The notes beneath the pieces were generated by a model. That model worked only from the letters and a program-made list of their open reading frames with translations. It was not told the DNA's origin and made no database searches. Source: Octopus bimaculoides (lineage: Eukaryota). From it: a stretch of DNA of 63,894 bases. Shown piece by piece: positions 52,620-63,894 of this stretch (positions are counted from its first letter, which is position 1; each line of letters starts with the position of its first letter). Location of the stretch: NCBI RefSeq assembly GCF_001194135.2, contig NC_068987.1, positions 34,726,282 through 34,790,175 of the forward strand, in the 5' to 3' direction. Position numbers and translations under genes: made by a program.

Positions 52620-53870
52620 CTGCACTTGAGAATGTAACGCCACTGCAACTCCACACACACACGAACTATGGGCTAATCCTCTTTATGAGCTTGGTAATTA
52701 TAGTAATCAACGTTCCAATAAAAATTGGTATAACACTCACCTTCTGCAATATCCATAATATTTTACTTCCTACTACATCCTATGTGGTACGATTCTCTTA
52801 TTTTTTTCTATACACTATCATCACAAGAGAATGTAATATCCATGATTAAACATGTTTTCTTTACTTTATTTGCATCCACATGTAGTTTTCGACGTTCAGT
52901 TCCTTAATCACGTTCGATCTTTGCTTCCCACTGTATCGTTACTTTGTGATTCTCAATATTTCTGCTGGGGTTTGCCCATAGCACATATCTGCCGAAACCA
53001 TTCAACAGATAATCACTACACCCTGTTTTCAAGTTACACATCCTTAGCTTATGTCACCTTCCATCAGTGTGTCTATTCCTGGTCATCTCTCGCAAACTTC
53101 CCGTTCGACATTACTCCTTCCCTTTTCTTTTGTATTCCTTAATCTGTTTTATTTTTTGTACTCCTCTGTATGCATGTATCTGTCTTGTCTATACCAGATA
53201 TTATCACCCGAGCTACCAAGGGATGTATGGCACTCACAAAACAACAGCTCAAGTTAATATATTTATCTTTCTCAGCCGATTTGTCCTCATCCATATTCGT
53301 GTCTGCTTAAATGTAGTCTGCCAATATTGTCGTTGGAGTTGAATGTTCCATTCATTGTGAGTAATTATAGCGATTTAGATCCAGTCTCTGTAAATCATCG
53401 AACTTTCAATTGATAATTCCTTCACCATACGTCAGCCGCTTATCTCTTGTTAATTGAATCTTAATTCTATTCAGTTTCGATCGCAGCACTTCATTCATTT
53501 CATTCACTCCTAATATGTTCAGGTATTCATACCCTGTATCGTCAATCCATCTCATTGTTTCCGCAGGTAGTAAGTCTAAACATTTGTATCCTTCCTGCTT
53601 TTTTTTGGTGGGGGGGGGGATATTATTCCATAATTTTAAAGCCACATTCCATTTTCATATCCTTGTTACAGCAATGAACTGTGTTCACTAAGATTCTGAC
53701 TTAAGAATTGTACCTATCATGCAGGTCACGATATTCCATGCGTAATAGATGATTGATTTTTACTATTTTCTTTACAACTTATCTCCCTGTCTTACTTTTT
53801 TTTAGTAACGATGTTAAAGGCATCAAGTACAAAAACAAACTCTTTCATCTTCAAAATCCCTTTCTTTATT
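52620..53870 (-). mobile_element. Ancient R4/Dong-like element (RT C-half to RLE)
   Basis: IKKGI..MPLTSLLKK..KINHLL, LVNTVHCCNKDMKMECG, DDTGYEYL, LRSKLN..LTYGEGIIN, IENHKVTIQWE, KKTCLIMD, VIPIFIGTL, in the correct order. Confidence 0.65.
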
Positions 53871-55054
53871 CTTAATCATATTAGGTACTATCCGTATAAT
53901 GTGAGCTCAGTCTTCTAACTTACCATTACGTCTTACACAGTAAAACGTTAGGGTAATTCTGTTCAATTTGTAAGATGTTCAAATATTAAATGATCCACAC
54001 GTGCGGCATCTTATCCTAGTTGTGTAGTAATTTATCCAGGTCATTGTTTATAACCTTTTATCATTATATAATCTATGCATAGCTAGTGTTATTACACTTG
54101 AAATTTCGTTTACACATTTTTTTGCTCAAAACTGAGAATTCTTTTATCATCAAAAAATCCATATATTTTCCCTACATTTATTCCAGTGAAAAGCTTTCAC
54201 ATTACTATAATTTATGACTATAATTATACGCAGTTTTCTTTTTTGAAGCATCCTTGAAAGAGTGCTGGTCATCGCATAGTTAACCATTCGAGTCAATTTC
54301 AAATTCAGTTGATAAGTTACTGAATTTGTTCTACTGTTATTCTATGGTACCTGTCCGCTTATTTAACTAATACACCTGAACAATATCAGGTTTATCAGCA
54401 TTCCAATGACTTATCTTCCTATATAGTTATCGCAACTATCTTCTTCGAAAAATAATTTCTTCTTGTGACTAAGAAACAGAATCCTTCATACTTAGTAGTC
54501 ACTCAGTCCCTCCATTATGTTGCTCCTCCTCTCTTCATATTTTTACCGCAAAATATTCGACTGTCTCCTGCTTTTTGAGTAATTTCTCACTTATTTCAAG
54601 CCGAATCAAACTGTTTTAAATAGTAGTATATGTAACTCCTGCTAGATGTGCTAAGTGAATTTTTCTTTCTTTTGTCCACACACAGATACACACAAACACT
54701 ATCACTCTCTCCCCTCCTCTCTCTCTCTCACACACACGCACACACCCAAAAACACATTCACACACAATGTTGCCGACTTTACTACTGTCGGTTTCTAAGT
54801 CCCTTCAAAGCCCCCTCCCCCATACACCAAGGAACAACCAGCTTCATGACAATTCACGCCGTCCGAGAGATTCACCGTTATAATATAGCTGGTGACACAG
54901 GAATGCCAATCTGACTTCAGACAACACAATGTGATTCACAATGGCCATTAGCAGCCCGTTTTACAGTAGCTCTCTTGGACTTCTCCATTCGCTAACGCGA
55001 TCTACGTTTCCGTAAGAAGCCAGAGAAATTTTAAATCGCATAGAGCGAATCAAA

Positions 55055-55061
55055 CGGTCTT

Positions 55062-55116
<55 letters not shown>

Positions 55117-55174
55117 TTAATAATAATAATAATGATAATAATAATAATAATAATTATTATTATTATTATTATTA

Positions 55175-55223
<49 letters not shown>

Positions 55224-55229
55224 CATCAT
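55055..55229. repeat. (TAA)n followed by inverted (TTA)n microsatellite
   Basis: Directly visible; orientation switches at ~55153. Confidence 0.95.
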
Positions 55230-55660
55230 AAGGCGGCGAGCTGGCAGAAACGTTATCACGCAGGACAAACTGCTTAGCGGTATTTCGTCTGCCGTTACGT
55301 TGTGAATTCAAATTCCGTCGAGGTTGACTTCGCCTGTTATGCTTTCGGGGTCCATAGATTAAGTACCAGTTACGCACTGGGGTCGCTGTAGTCAACTTAA
55401 TCCCTTTGTCTGTTCTTGTTTGTCTCCTCTATATTTAGCCCCTTGGGGGCAATAAAGAAATAAGAAAAGTTAGGACGCCGGGCGAAATGCTTACCAGTAT
55501 TTCGTCTGTCTTTAATTTCTGTGTTTAAATTCAGTCGAGGTCATTTTGCCTTTCAGCATTTCGAGATCAATAAATTAAGCACCAGTTGCGTACTGAAGTC
55601 CATCTAATCAACTCGCCCCCTCCTCCAAAATTTCAGGCCTTCTGCTAGAGTAGAAAAGAT
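55230..55660 (+). mobile_element. SINE family B, head-to-tail dimer between TAA-type tracts
   Basis: Unit 1 is aggcggcgagctggcagaaacgtta..gcttagcggtatttcgtc..ttcaaattccgtcgaggttgac..ttaagtaccagttacgcactgggg; unit 2 restarts at ~55465 with the same core. Confidence 0.85.
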
Positions 55661-55667
55661 TTTATTA

Positions 55668-55705
<38 letters not shown>

Positions 55706-55964
55706 GTTATTATTATTATCATTATTATTTTATATACAAACATATACATCAATATATACATACACACGAATACACATAACCCCTCCACACACATAAACAA
55801 ACAAACACACACACACGCACACGCATATATATATATGTATATNNNNNNNNNNNNNNNNNNNNNNNNNNNNNNNNNNNNNNNNNNNNNNNNNNNNNNNNNN
55901 NNNNNNNNNNNNNNNNNNNNNNNNNNNNNNNNNNNNNNNATATATATATATATATATATATATA

Positions 55965-56353
55965 TAGGCGCACAGGTGGCTTTGAGTTAAGTAGCTTGCC
56001 TACTAACCACATGCGTAGCAACTTGGGCAAATGTCTTCTACTATGGCCCCGGCCTGACCAAAGACCTTGTGCGTGGATATGGTTGACAGAAACTGAAAGA
56101 AGCCGGTCATATACATATGTGTATGTGTACGTGTGTATGTATGTTTGTGAGTCTGCATTTTCTCCAACATCGCTTGGCAACTGATGTTGGCTTGTTTACT
56201 TCCCCGTAACGTAGTGGTACAGCAAAAGAGAGCGATGAAATAAGTCCTAAGCTTACAACGATGTCCTGGGTTTGATTTGTTCCACAAAACGCGATACTCC
56301 TGCATGGCCGCAGTCAAATGTCTGAAATAAATAAAGAATGAAACAATAAAAGA
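55965..56353 (+). mobile_element. SINE family A, near full length
   Basis: taggcgcacaggtggc head, ttgggcaaatgtcttctact core, central microsatellite, 3' domain ending catggccgcagtcaaatgtctgaaa. Confidence 0.9.
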
Positions 56354-56444
56354 ATATACATATATTTGAAATGTACAGAGAACCAAAAGACGAAGACATA
56401 TGTATGAAAGATAGGTATGTGTATTAGTTTGACGCTCAGGAAAG

Positions 56445-56485
56445 TGAGGCTTTTACGTTTGGAGCCTTAGCTCTTCAACGGAAAG
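56445..56485 (-). ncRNA. Degenerate hammerhead-like motif in a PLE-tail-like repeat
   Basis: CUUU-CCGUUGA-A-GAGC(UAAG)GCUC-CAA-ACGU-A-AAAG; the downstream flank tttcctgagcgtc is shared with 45950-45962; two core substitutions. Confidence 0.4.
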
Positions 56486-56807
56486 AAATAAGAGTAAGTA
56501 AACAGAGAGAGAATTTTTAAAAAATGCTTGTGAATTTGGCTGTCAAGAAGGGGTGATAAAAAGTTTATCATCCCAAAACGAAGGTGTGGGGAAGTGTGAG
56601 GTGGGTGAGTGTGAAGGGGTATCGCTGATTAGAGAAAGTTGGTAGGAGAGAAGAGACGGACTAGTTGTCAAAAGAAGAGAGGAGGGGACTTGAGCCCATG
56701 TGGTGCAAAGCAAGGAAGAGAGAATACTAAATCCTGTTCACGGCGATGGCGGGAGCCCGGATGGCCCCTGTGCAGAAAATATTTATTCACAGATAGGTGT
56801 TGCAGTG

Positions 56808-56838
<31 letters not shown>

Positions 56839-57372
56839 NNNNNNNNNNNNNNNNNNNNNNNNNNNNNNNNNNNNNNNNNNNNNNNNNNNNNNNNNNNNNN
56901 NNNNNNNNNNNNNNNNNNNNNNNNNNNNNNNNNNNNNNNNNNNNNNNNNNNNNNNNNNNNNNNNNNNNNNNNNNNNNNNNNNNNNNNNNNNNNNNNNNNN
57001 NNNNNNNNNNNNNNNNNNNNNNNNNNNNNNNNNNNNNNNNNNNNNNNNNNNNNNNNNNNNNNNNNNNNNNNNNNNNNNNNNNNNNNNNNNNNNNNNNNNN
57101 NNNNNNNNNNNNNNNNNNNNNNNNNNNNNNNNNNNNNNNNNNNNNNNNNNNNNNNNNNNNNNNNNNNNNNNNNNNNNNNNNNNNNNNNNNNNNNNNNNNN
57201 NNNNNNNNNNNNNNNNNNNNNNNNNNNNNNNNNNNNNNNNNNNNNNNNNNNNNNNNNNNNNNNNNNNNNNNNNNNNNNNNNNNNNNNNNNNNNNNNNNNN
57301 NNNNNNNNNNNNNNNNNNNNNNNNNNNNNNNNNNNNNNNNNNNNNNNNNNNNNNNNNNNNNNNNNNNNNNNN

Positions 57373-57418
<46 letters not shown>

Positions 57419-58596
57419 TAAATATAGAGATATTCTATTGACAATCCAATAATTTATTTATATTAACATATTACATTACATACTCTGATTATAATAATTA
57501 TGGAATTCTCCCTGCGATAAATTAAGTAAAGAAAGAGAGAAATTTCCATTGGCTTTCTATTCATATCTACTACGGAATTATCCGTCCGAGAAAATTATCA
57601 ATGTAGAAGATTATCATTAGTTAATTTAGGCAATAAATCTTTTATCCCAACTAACTTAAATAGACAAAATTGTTGTTGTATTGAAGATGTAATTGTTATA
57701 TTTTTTGTTACAGAAGACTTAGTGAATTATATACATTTATATACACACATATATTATTATTGCATGCTGTGACCACAAGAGACTATCTTGGACATGAAAG
57801 GGTTTCAATTGGTAACTGTTTGAGATATAATAAAGTGAATTTTGATGGTTGTGGACTGCACTTACTTGATTAAATTGTCTGTTAAATGTTTTTGTTGTTT
57901 TTTAATTGTAATTGATGTAAGATTGAATAGTTAACGCTCACGCACATAACAGAAATTTGAATTAATTTTTACAATATAGCCGTCCTCTCACACGGAATTT
58001 CGTCTTTTTGAAACAAGGACCCTGAAGGGACTTATTTATAATAGAACCGTTATTATGTATATCAGAGAAAATATATATAAGTCGAAACAATTTGTTGGCC
58101 TTTTACGGTTTTTATAATTATTTATATAATATTATGTTATGTTATATATTATATTCATAGTATTTAATGTAATATTGTAATATAAATAAATTTTGGGATT
58201 GTCAAAACAATATTTCTATATTTAATTTATCGTTGTTAGTGAATTATACCAATATTTATATGGTATACAAGTGAAGTACTAGTGAATTGGGTGTTTAACA
58301 AGCCCGTTTCATGGTCAACTTTTACTCAGTTTGTTATTATATATATATATATATNNNNNNNNNNNNNNNNNNNNNNNNNNNNNNNNNNNNNNNNNNNNNN
58401 NNNNNNNNNNNNNNNNNNNNNNNNNNNNNNNNNNNNNNNNNNNNNNNNNNNNNNNNNNNNNNNNNNNNNNNNNNNNNNNNNNNNNNNNNNNNNNNNNNNN
58501 NNNNNNNNNNNNNNNNNNNNNNNNNNNNNNNNNNNNNNNNNNNNNNNNNNNNNNNNNNNNNNNNNNNNNNNNNNNNNNNNNNNNNNNNNNNNAGCA

Positions 58597-58641
58597 CGAA
58601 CGTATCCGGATTTCAGGGTTATTTCCCTTCGTCGGCGTTCG
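58597..58641 (-). ncRNA. Minimal type-I hammerhead-ribozyme-like fold with U4C core variant
   Basis: CGAACG-CCGACGA-AGGG(AAAUAA)CCCU-GAA-AUCCGGAU-A-CGUUCG: 6-bp stem I, 4-bp stem II, palindromic stem III, NUH triplet AUA. Confidence 0.65.
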
Positions 58642-58791
58642 ACAGCTGATGACCTTGGTGAGAGAGACAAAAACCTGGCAAACCTTATATCTTCTTTTCC
58701 AGTGATATTGAAAAGGTGAAAACACGCAATGTTAATTCTCTAAATGAAGTATTAACAGTAACTGCACGATAAAGTGTAGTATATTGCCACT

Positions 58792-58825
<34 letters not shown>

Positions 58826-59049
58826 CAAACCTTATATATATGCATGTGTGTATACATGGATATACATAAACATTTAATTAGATTTCTTACAGTTTTCAGC
58901 TGTTCACGTTTTCTAGTTATTCGTTGACTACTTGTCATAGAATTCTGTGTAGGTATTTGTCTGTGTGTGAGTGAGAGGGAATGAAAGATTAAAATACTGT
59001 GGGAAAGGAAATACAGAGGAGTGCCGTGGAAGAACGACTGAGAGACGTA

Positions 59050-59052
59050 ATC

Positions 59053-59108
<56 letters not shown>

Positions 59109-59140
59109 AGTGAGAGAGTAAGAGAGCGATGTGGGAGTGT
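59050..59140. repeat. (GA)n microsatellite
   Basis: Directly visible. Confidence 0.95.
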
Positions 59141-59704
59141 TACACTGGTTAAAATATACGTGTGTGTCATGAGGGACTGATAAATAAATTCTTTAGTTAT
59201 TTTTTTTCTTTGAATCTAAATCGATTTACTTCAATGTTTACTTTTAATTTCTCTCTTGTGAGATAGCTGAATGCAAAATAGAATAGATAAACACCTGCAT
59301 TCTAAATACAGTGATTTAAGCAAAGACAGATTATTCTGTAATGAAATGCAGCATGTTTAATATGTGACAGCGAATTATAACAGGAAAGGGAAATGCGTAA
59401 CTGACGAGCTTCAAAAATATAGTGTATTCGATTTCAGTCTTGTCTTATTCGAATGGTAATATGCAAAATAGACCGCTTCCTTACACACCGTCTTCTCACA
59501 AATATATTTTACGAGCGTTCACATATATATTAATATATATAATATCAATTATATATACATGCATGTATTCATTCACACACATACGCAAAACAAACACACA
59601 CATATGTATGCATATTTATAGGTGTATCTGTAATAGTACAAATAAATATATATTTTGCAATTATATATGATTATCTAGTACTATATCTCCGTTTACGTAC
59701 ACAG

Positions 59705-59742
<38 letters not shown>

Positions 59743-60849
59743 AAAGTTTTAAATTGAAATTTAAGAGAGAGATTTGACGCTAATATCCAATATATATATA
59801 TATATATATATATAAACAAACATACACATACATATATGCATTTATGTGAGTATGTATGTGTGTCTGTTTTATATCATTTACGACAGACTAGCATTGCATA
59901 ATTGCCACCTAACACCTAGTCCATCGTATCCTTTTCTAACTAAAATTCCGACGAACATATTAATAAATTTGATGAATATCCGACTACAAATAAAAGCAAT
60001 AAATCCTTTCAAAATTAAATTAAATCACTTTGAAAACAATTAAAACTAGAGGTTAAGAAAAAGTGTAAAACGCCTACGCATAGAGTATTATAATCTGGTT
60101 CATCAGGCAGAAGAATGCAAACGTAAAAGTACATTACTGACGTGTATATAAACGATATCATAAACAATCAAATGAACGTAGGAAAAATAAACACAGCCAT
60201 TTCAATAGAAATGGAATTTGTTATAATAACGAATTTTGCAATTATTAATCCCGTCGTTAACAGCGTTACCAATTATACTTAGTCTCCGCTTAGGTATTAA
60301 TAGAGAGAATGACTTGAACTCAAACGATTACGTCAGTTAAAGGAATACGTGCATGGAGTTCTATATTAGGTAAAACAAACACGTTGTTGCATAGTCTGTA
60401 ACCAACCAAGAATAAAATAAATGCCAGGTACTAGAATATATAATCCACACATAATGTAAAAGCGTTCATATTTTCGAAGGTGAATTTTTTATTGTGATAC
60501 ATGAACCTTATACAAATCAGGAAACTGTGGGCATTATCGCAATATGATATCAATGTTTATGCATGATTCTTTCTAAAAGTTAATCACAACAAATAATAAA
60601 TATAAATTCTATTAATCGAGAGTAAGGTGAGTTTTCTCTGTCGATCTCTTTCATGTTCGACGGTAGCCGTTGCAGAGATACAAGGATATATATANNNNNN
60701 NNNNNNNNNNNNNNNNNNNNNNNNNNNNNNNNNNNNNNNNNNNNNNNNNNNNNNNNNNNNNNNNNNNNNNNNNNNNNNNNNNNNNNNNNNNNNNNNNNNN
60801 NNNNNNNNNNNNNNNNNNNNNNNNNNNNNNNNNNNNNNNNNNNNNNNNN

Positions 60850-60880
<31 letters not shown>

Positions 60881-61239
60881 GAGGGAGAGAGAGAGAGTGA
60901 ACAGGAGAGACAAATAAAAAGAAAATAAGAAATAGGCAGGTAACCTTAGTAATTGACCGCCTCTCAATCAACTCGCGCAGAATCGCAGCAAATTCCTAAG
61001 AGCAAAGAAAAATTAATTCGTTTCTGACAGTAATTAACAAACGGTTCTGTAATAGTTAAAATTCCTGTTCAAATTATTTAGACATGTTGACAGAATTTGA
61101 TACCACATTTTCAGCATGTGACATGTGCAAATTATTTTCAGCAGTAGCTGTATAAGATCAAACATGTTGCACAAAACTACGGAGGTGATAACTAGTTGAA
61201 CAAACTATAAAAGTGATAATCCTGATATTATCTAATAGC

Positions 61240-61450
61240 AAGGCGACCAGCTGGCAGAATCGTTAGCACGCAGAGAAAAATGCTTAGTGATATTTCGTGC
61301 ATCTTTGCGTTCTGAGTTCAAATTCAACTGAGGTCAGTTTTGCCTTTCATCCTTTCGCGGTCGGTAAAATAAGCACCAATTGAACACTATTGTCAAGGTA
61401 ATCGTCTTTGCCCTCTAAGAAAATTGCTGGCCTTGTGCCGAAATTTGAAA
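61240..61450 (+). mobile_element. SINE family B
   Basis: aggcgaccagctggcagaatcgttagcacgc..aatgcttag..ttctgagttcaaattc..gcctttcatcctttcgcggtcggtaaaataagcacc. Confidence 0.85.
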
Positions 61451-62324
61451 GCGACGTTTTCCAACTATAATATGCAGAGCAACTGTTAACGCACCGACGC
61501 GCTACTGATGGTTTGAATTCGTATTGTAGAAGTTAACACTCTTTCAGGAACATAAGAACTTCGGAAAATGTTGCACTAAGAAACGAAAAAATAAGTACTG
61601 GCAGGTTAGTGAAAGCTACAGGTGTAAACCATTGCCATTAAATCAGGAGCATGTGAAACACAGGCAGTTTACAGTGAGAAGCAATAAGGACTTTATAGTT
61701 GAGAGATTTATTTTCTTTTTCGTCCATTGCATCTTTAAAATTTCTTCCATATCTCTTGTGTAAGCGAAACGGAACCTAGTGGTATTTGCAAAAGGTGAAG
61801 TATTGATAAACTTTATACCGCGCTTTGATTTGATATAATTCTAAAATGCTACGTCATATCAATTTTACTAATGATTACTCACCCATCTTCACTGGACACA
61901 TGTATGTACGAGTAGAAAAGGCAAAAAGAAAAAATAATAATAATAATAATATGCTTGTGATTATGTGTGTCTGCTTGGCTCTATATACTCCTTAAAATTT
62001 AACAGACATTGTATTTCTAGATATTCAAAATTTGTTTCTCAGTGTATTCGAATACTCACAAAGGAAAATTCATAATACATAGAGTATCTATGAATAAGCA
62101 CATATCGTTGCATTACACTCGAAAACAGACGACAAATTACAACACGGTATTATTTAATAGTCATATAGTCCCTTGAAAATCACTATGACTACTTCAGGAT
62201 AAACACTAGTTATAGGATTATTGTCGTATTTAAACTGAAATCATTAGTGTTGACATAATTTATTTTAAAATCAACTTCTAATAATAAAAAAAGTAGAATT
62301 TTATGAATTCATTAAATACAATCT

Positions 62325-62420
62325 CTCTCTATATATATATATAAAAGCGGATTTGTGAGTGTGTGTGTATTTATGTTCCTTATACCTCGAGAACTGAGCT
62401 TTGACGTCTGGGGTATCAAA
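62325..62420 (+). mobile_element. Possible non-autonomous Helitron/HINE-like 5' end
   Basis: tctatatatatatataaaagcggatttgtgagtgtgtgtgt resembles recalled DINE-1/HINE-type starts; no 3' hairpin identified. Confidence 0.3.
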
Positions 62421-62666
62421 AGATTAAGTAATTTTCATTGACATATTCTTGCTGTTATCTCAGCAACCAGTGTTAGTTATTTGAAAGACACTGCTCTACA
62501 AAGACCAGGTTTCATTAGAAAAAAATAGTTTCACATTATCAATTTGGGCCAAGATGACAGCGTAGCATTACGGGAGTGATGATGTGTGAATAATGAAAGT
62601 AATGTTTCTCCGAATTAGTTACATGTGTACTGTAATAAAGAAAGCTGCTTAACATCTAGCGATATA

Positions 62667-63061
62667 TATTGGGTCATCTCATGGGTTATTCTGTTATTCT
62701 GTTATTCTATTATTTATTGATCCAAATGTTAGTGCAGTTTGAATGTGTATTGATACCCCACCCACCATATTCGCCGGATATTTTCCATCTGATGATCATT
62801 CATTCCACAATCTTCAAAATCATTTGAACAGAAAAATGAATTCTGTAGACAAGGTTAGAACAGTACTGGGAGAGTATTTTCCGTCACGAAGAAGTGAATT
62901 TTGGTAGTGGGGCCTTGTAAGTCAACCAGTGTGATGGAAGTGCATTGTAAAAAATGACAGAGAGTATATTTTAGATTCAAAAATAACTTTGTTTACCTTA
63001 ATTTTGAAAAATAAAAGAAACATAAAAAAAATCCGCCTTGTTTATGGGATGACTCAAGATA
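62667..63061 (+). mobile_element. Internally deleted mariner derivative
   Basis: PHPPYSPDIFPSDDHSFHNLQNHLNRK..EYFPSRRSEFW..WKCIVKNDREYILD; TIR pair tattgggtcatctcat / atgggatgactcaagata. Confidence 0.85.
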
Positions 63062-63404
63062 AAGCCTACTAAATACACTATAATTTTGGTACATCAACTA
63101 TTTTCTACTACGAAAATAACCTCGGAAACGCAAGATTTTGAGGTCATTTTCGGGCAATATTTCGATTTGCTTCTAATGTGTCTCTTTCGTCCGATGTGTC
63201 ATGCATGCGTAGAATTCTACTCAGACAAATATTTATGAAAATGTACACATAAATAAATTTCTCAATTTGTAACGAGGAAATAGTCACTCACTCCCCCCTT
63301 CTCTCACATATATATGTACACGCACACATGCATACAACCAATATGTATGAATATGTATTTATGCATGTGTATATGAACAATGACGCGTGTGAGTGTATGT
63401 GTGT

Positions 63405-63448
<44 letters not shown>

Positions 63449-63769
63449 GCCACTTAAACATACATGCAGGAAATACGTAAATGGCAACACACACCTTCAA
63501 ATTCTCTCTCTCACGCACATGAATATACACGTCCATTTCATACACATGTGCATACAGCTTTCAGTTTATGCTCTTACTTAAATACAAATGTCATCTTTTC
63601 ACTTCCACCTCTCTTTCATTTTCTGCTCTCTTGAAAGCATAAACAAATAAAAGAAATTACGTAAATTAATGACCAATCATATGATCCCAAATGATCGACC
63701 AGGTGATCGAGGTGACAATTACTGCTTCAAACGAAAGAATGCCATGAAATTACTTCCTTTGGCACATAC

Positions 63770-63834
63770 ACACACGAGCACACACACGACCGCGCGCACA
63801 CACACGACCGCGCGCACACACACACACACACACA

Positions 63835-63894
<60 letters not shown>
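63770..63894. repeat. (CA)n/(CT)n microsatellite with a duplicated cacacgaccgcgcg unit
   Basis: Directly visible. Confidence 0.95.

Overview
AT-rich, microsatellite-dense eukaryotic DNA with many N-gaps. The repeat repertoire resembles what I recall from octopus/coleoid cephalopod genomes, but that is inference, not a database result. I could not support any host protein-coding gene, tRNA/rRNA gene or CRISPR array. Most listed ORFs are translations of simple repeats or N-gaps, so the window looks intronic or intergenic. The recognisable content is transposon-derived: Penelope-like element (PLE) fragments with RT and GIY-YIG motifs, seven R4/Dong-like RLE-type non-LTR fragments of different ages, a young 5'-truncated Tx1/L1-like LINE with a 10-bp TSD, a mariner fossil and a deleted derivative, two TIR-bounded MITEs, Helitron helicase fossils and two or three SINE-like families. 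Three observations stand out. (i) There is a complete minimal type-I hammerhead-like fold at 58597-58641 (-) with a variant CCGACGA core, and two related motifs show stem II covariation. (ii) A discrete ~540-bp non-coding element occurs beside (TAA)n tracts three times, once fused to an R4/Dong RT fragment, which suggests a Dong-mobilised non-autonomous partner. (iii) A Dong copy is nested in the (AAT)n linker of a Penelope ORF. Boundaries of old fossils are approximate, to within tens of bases.
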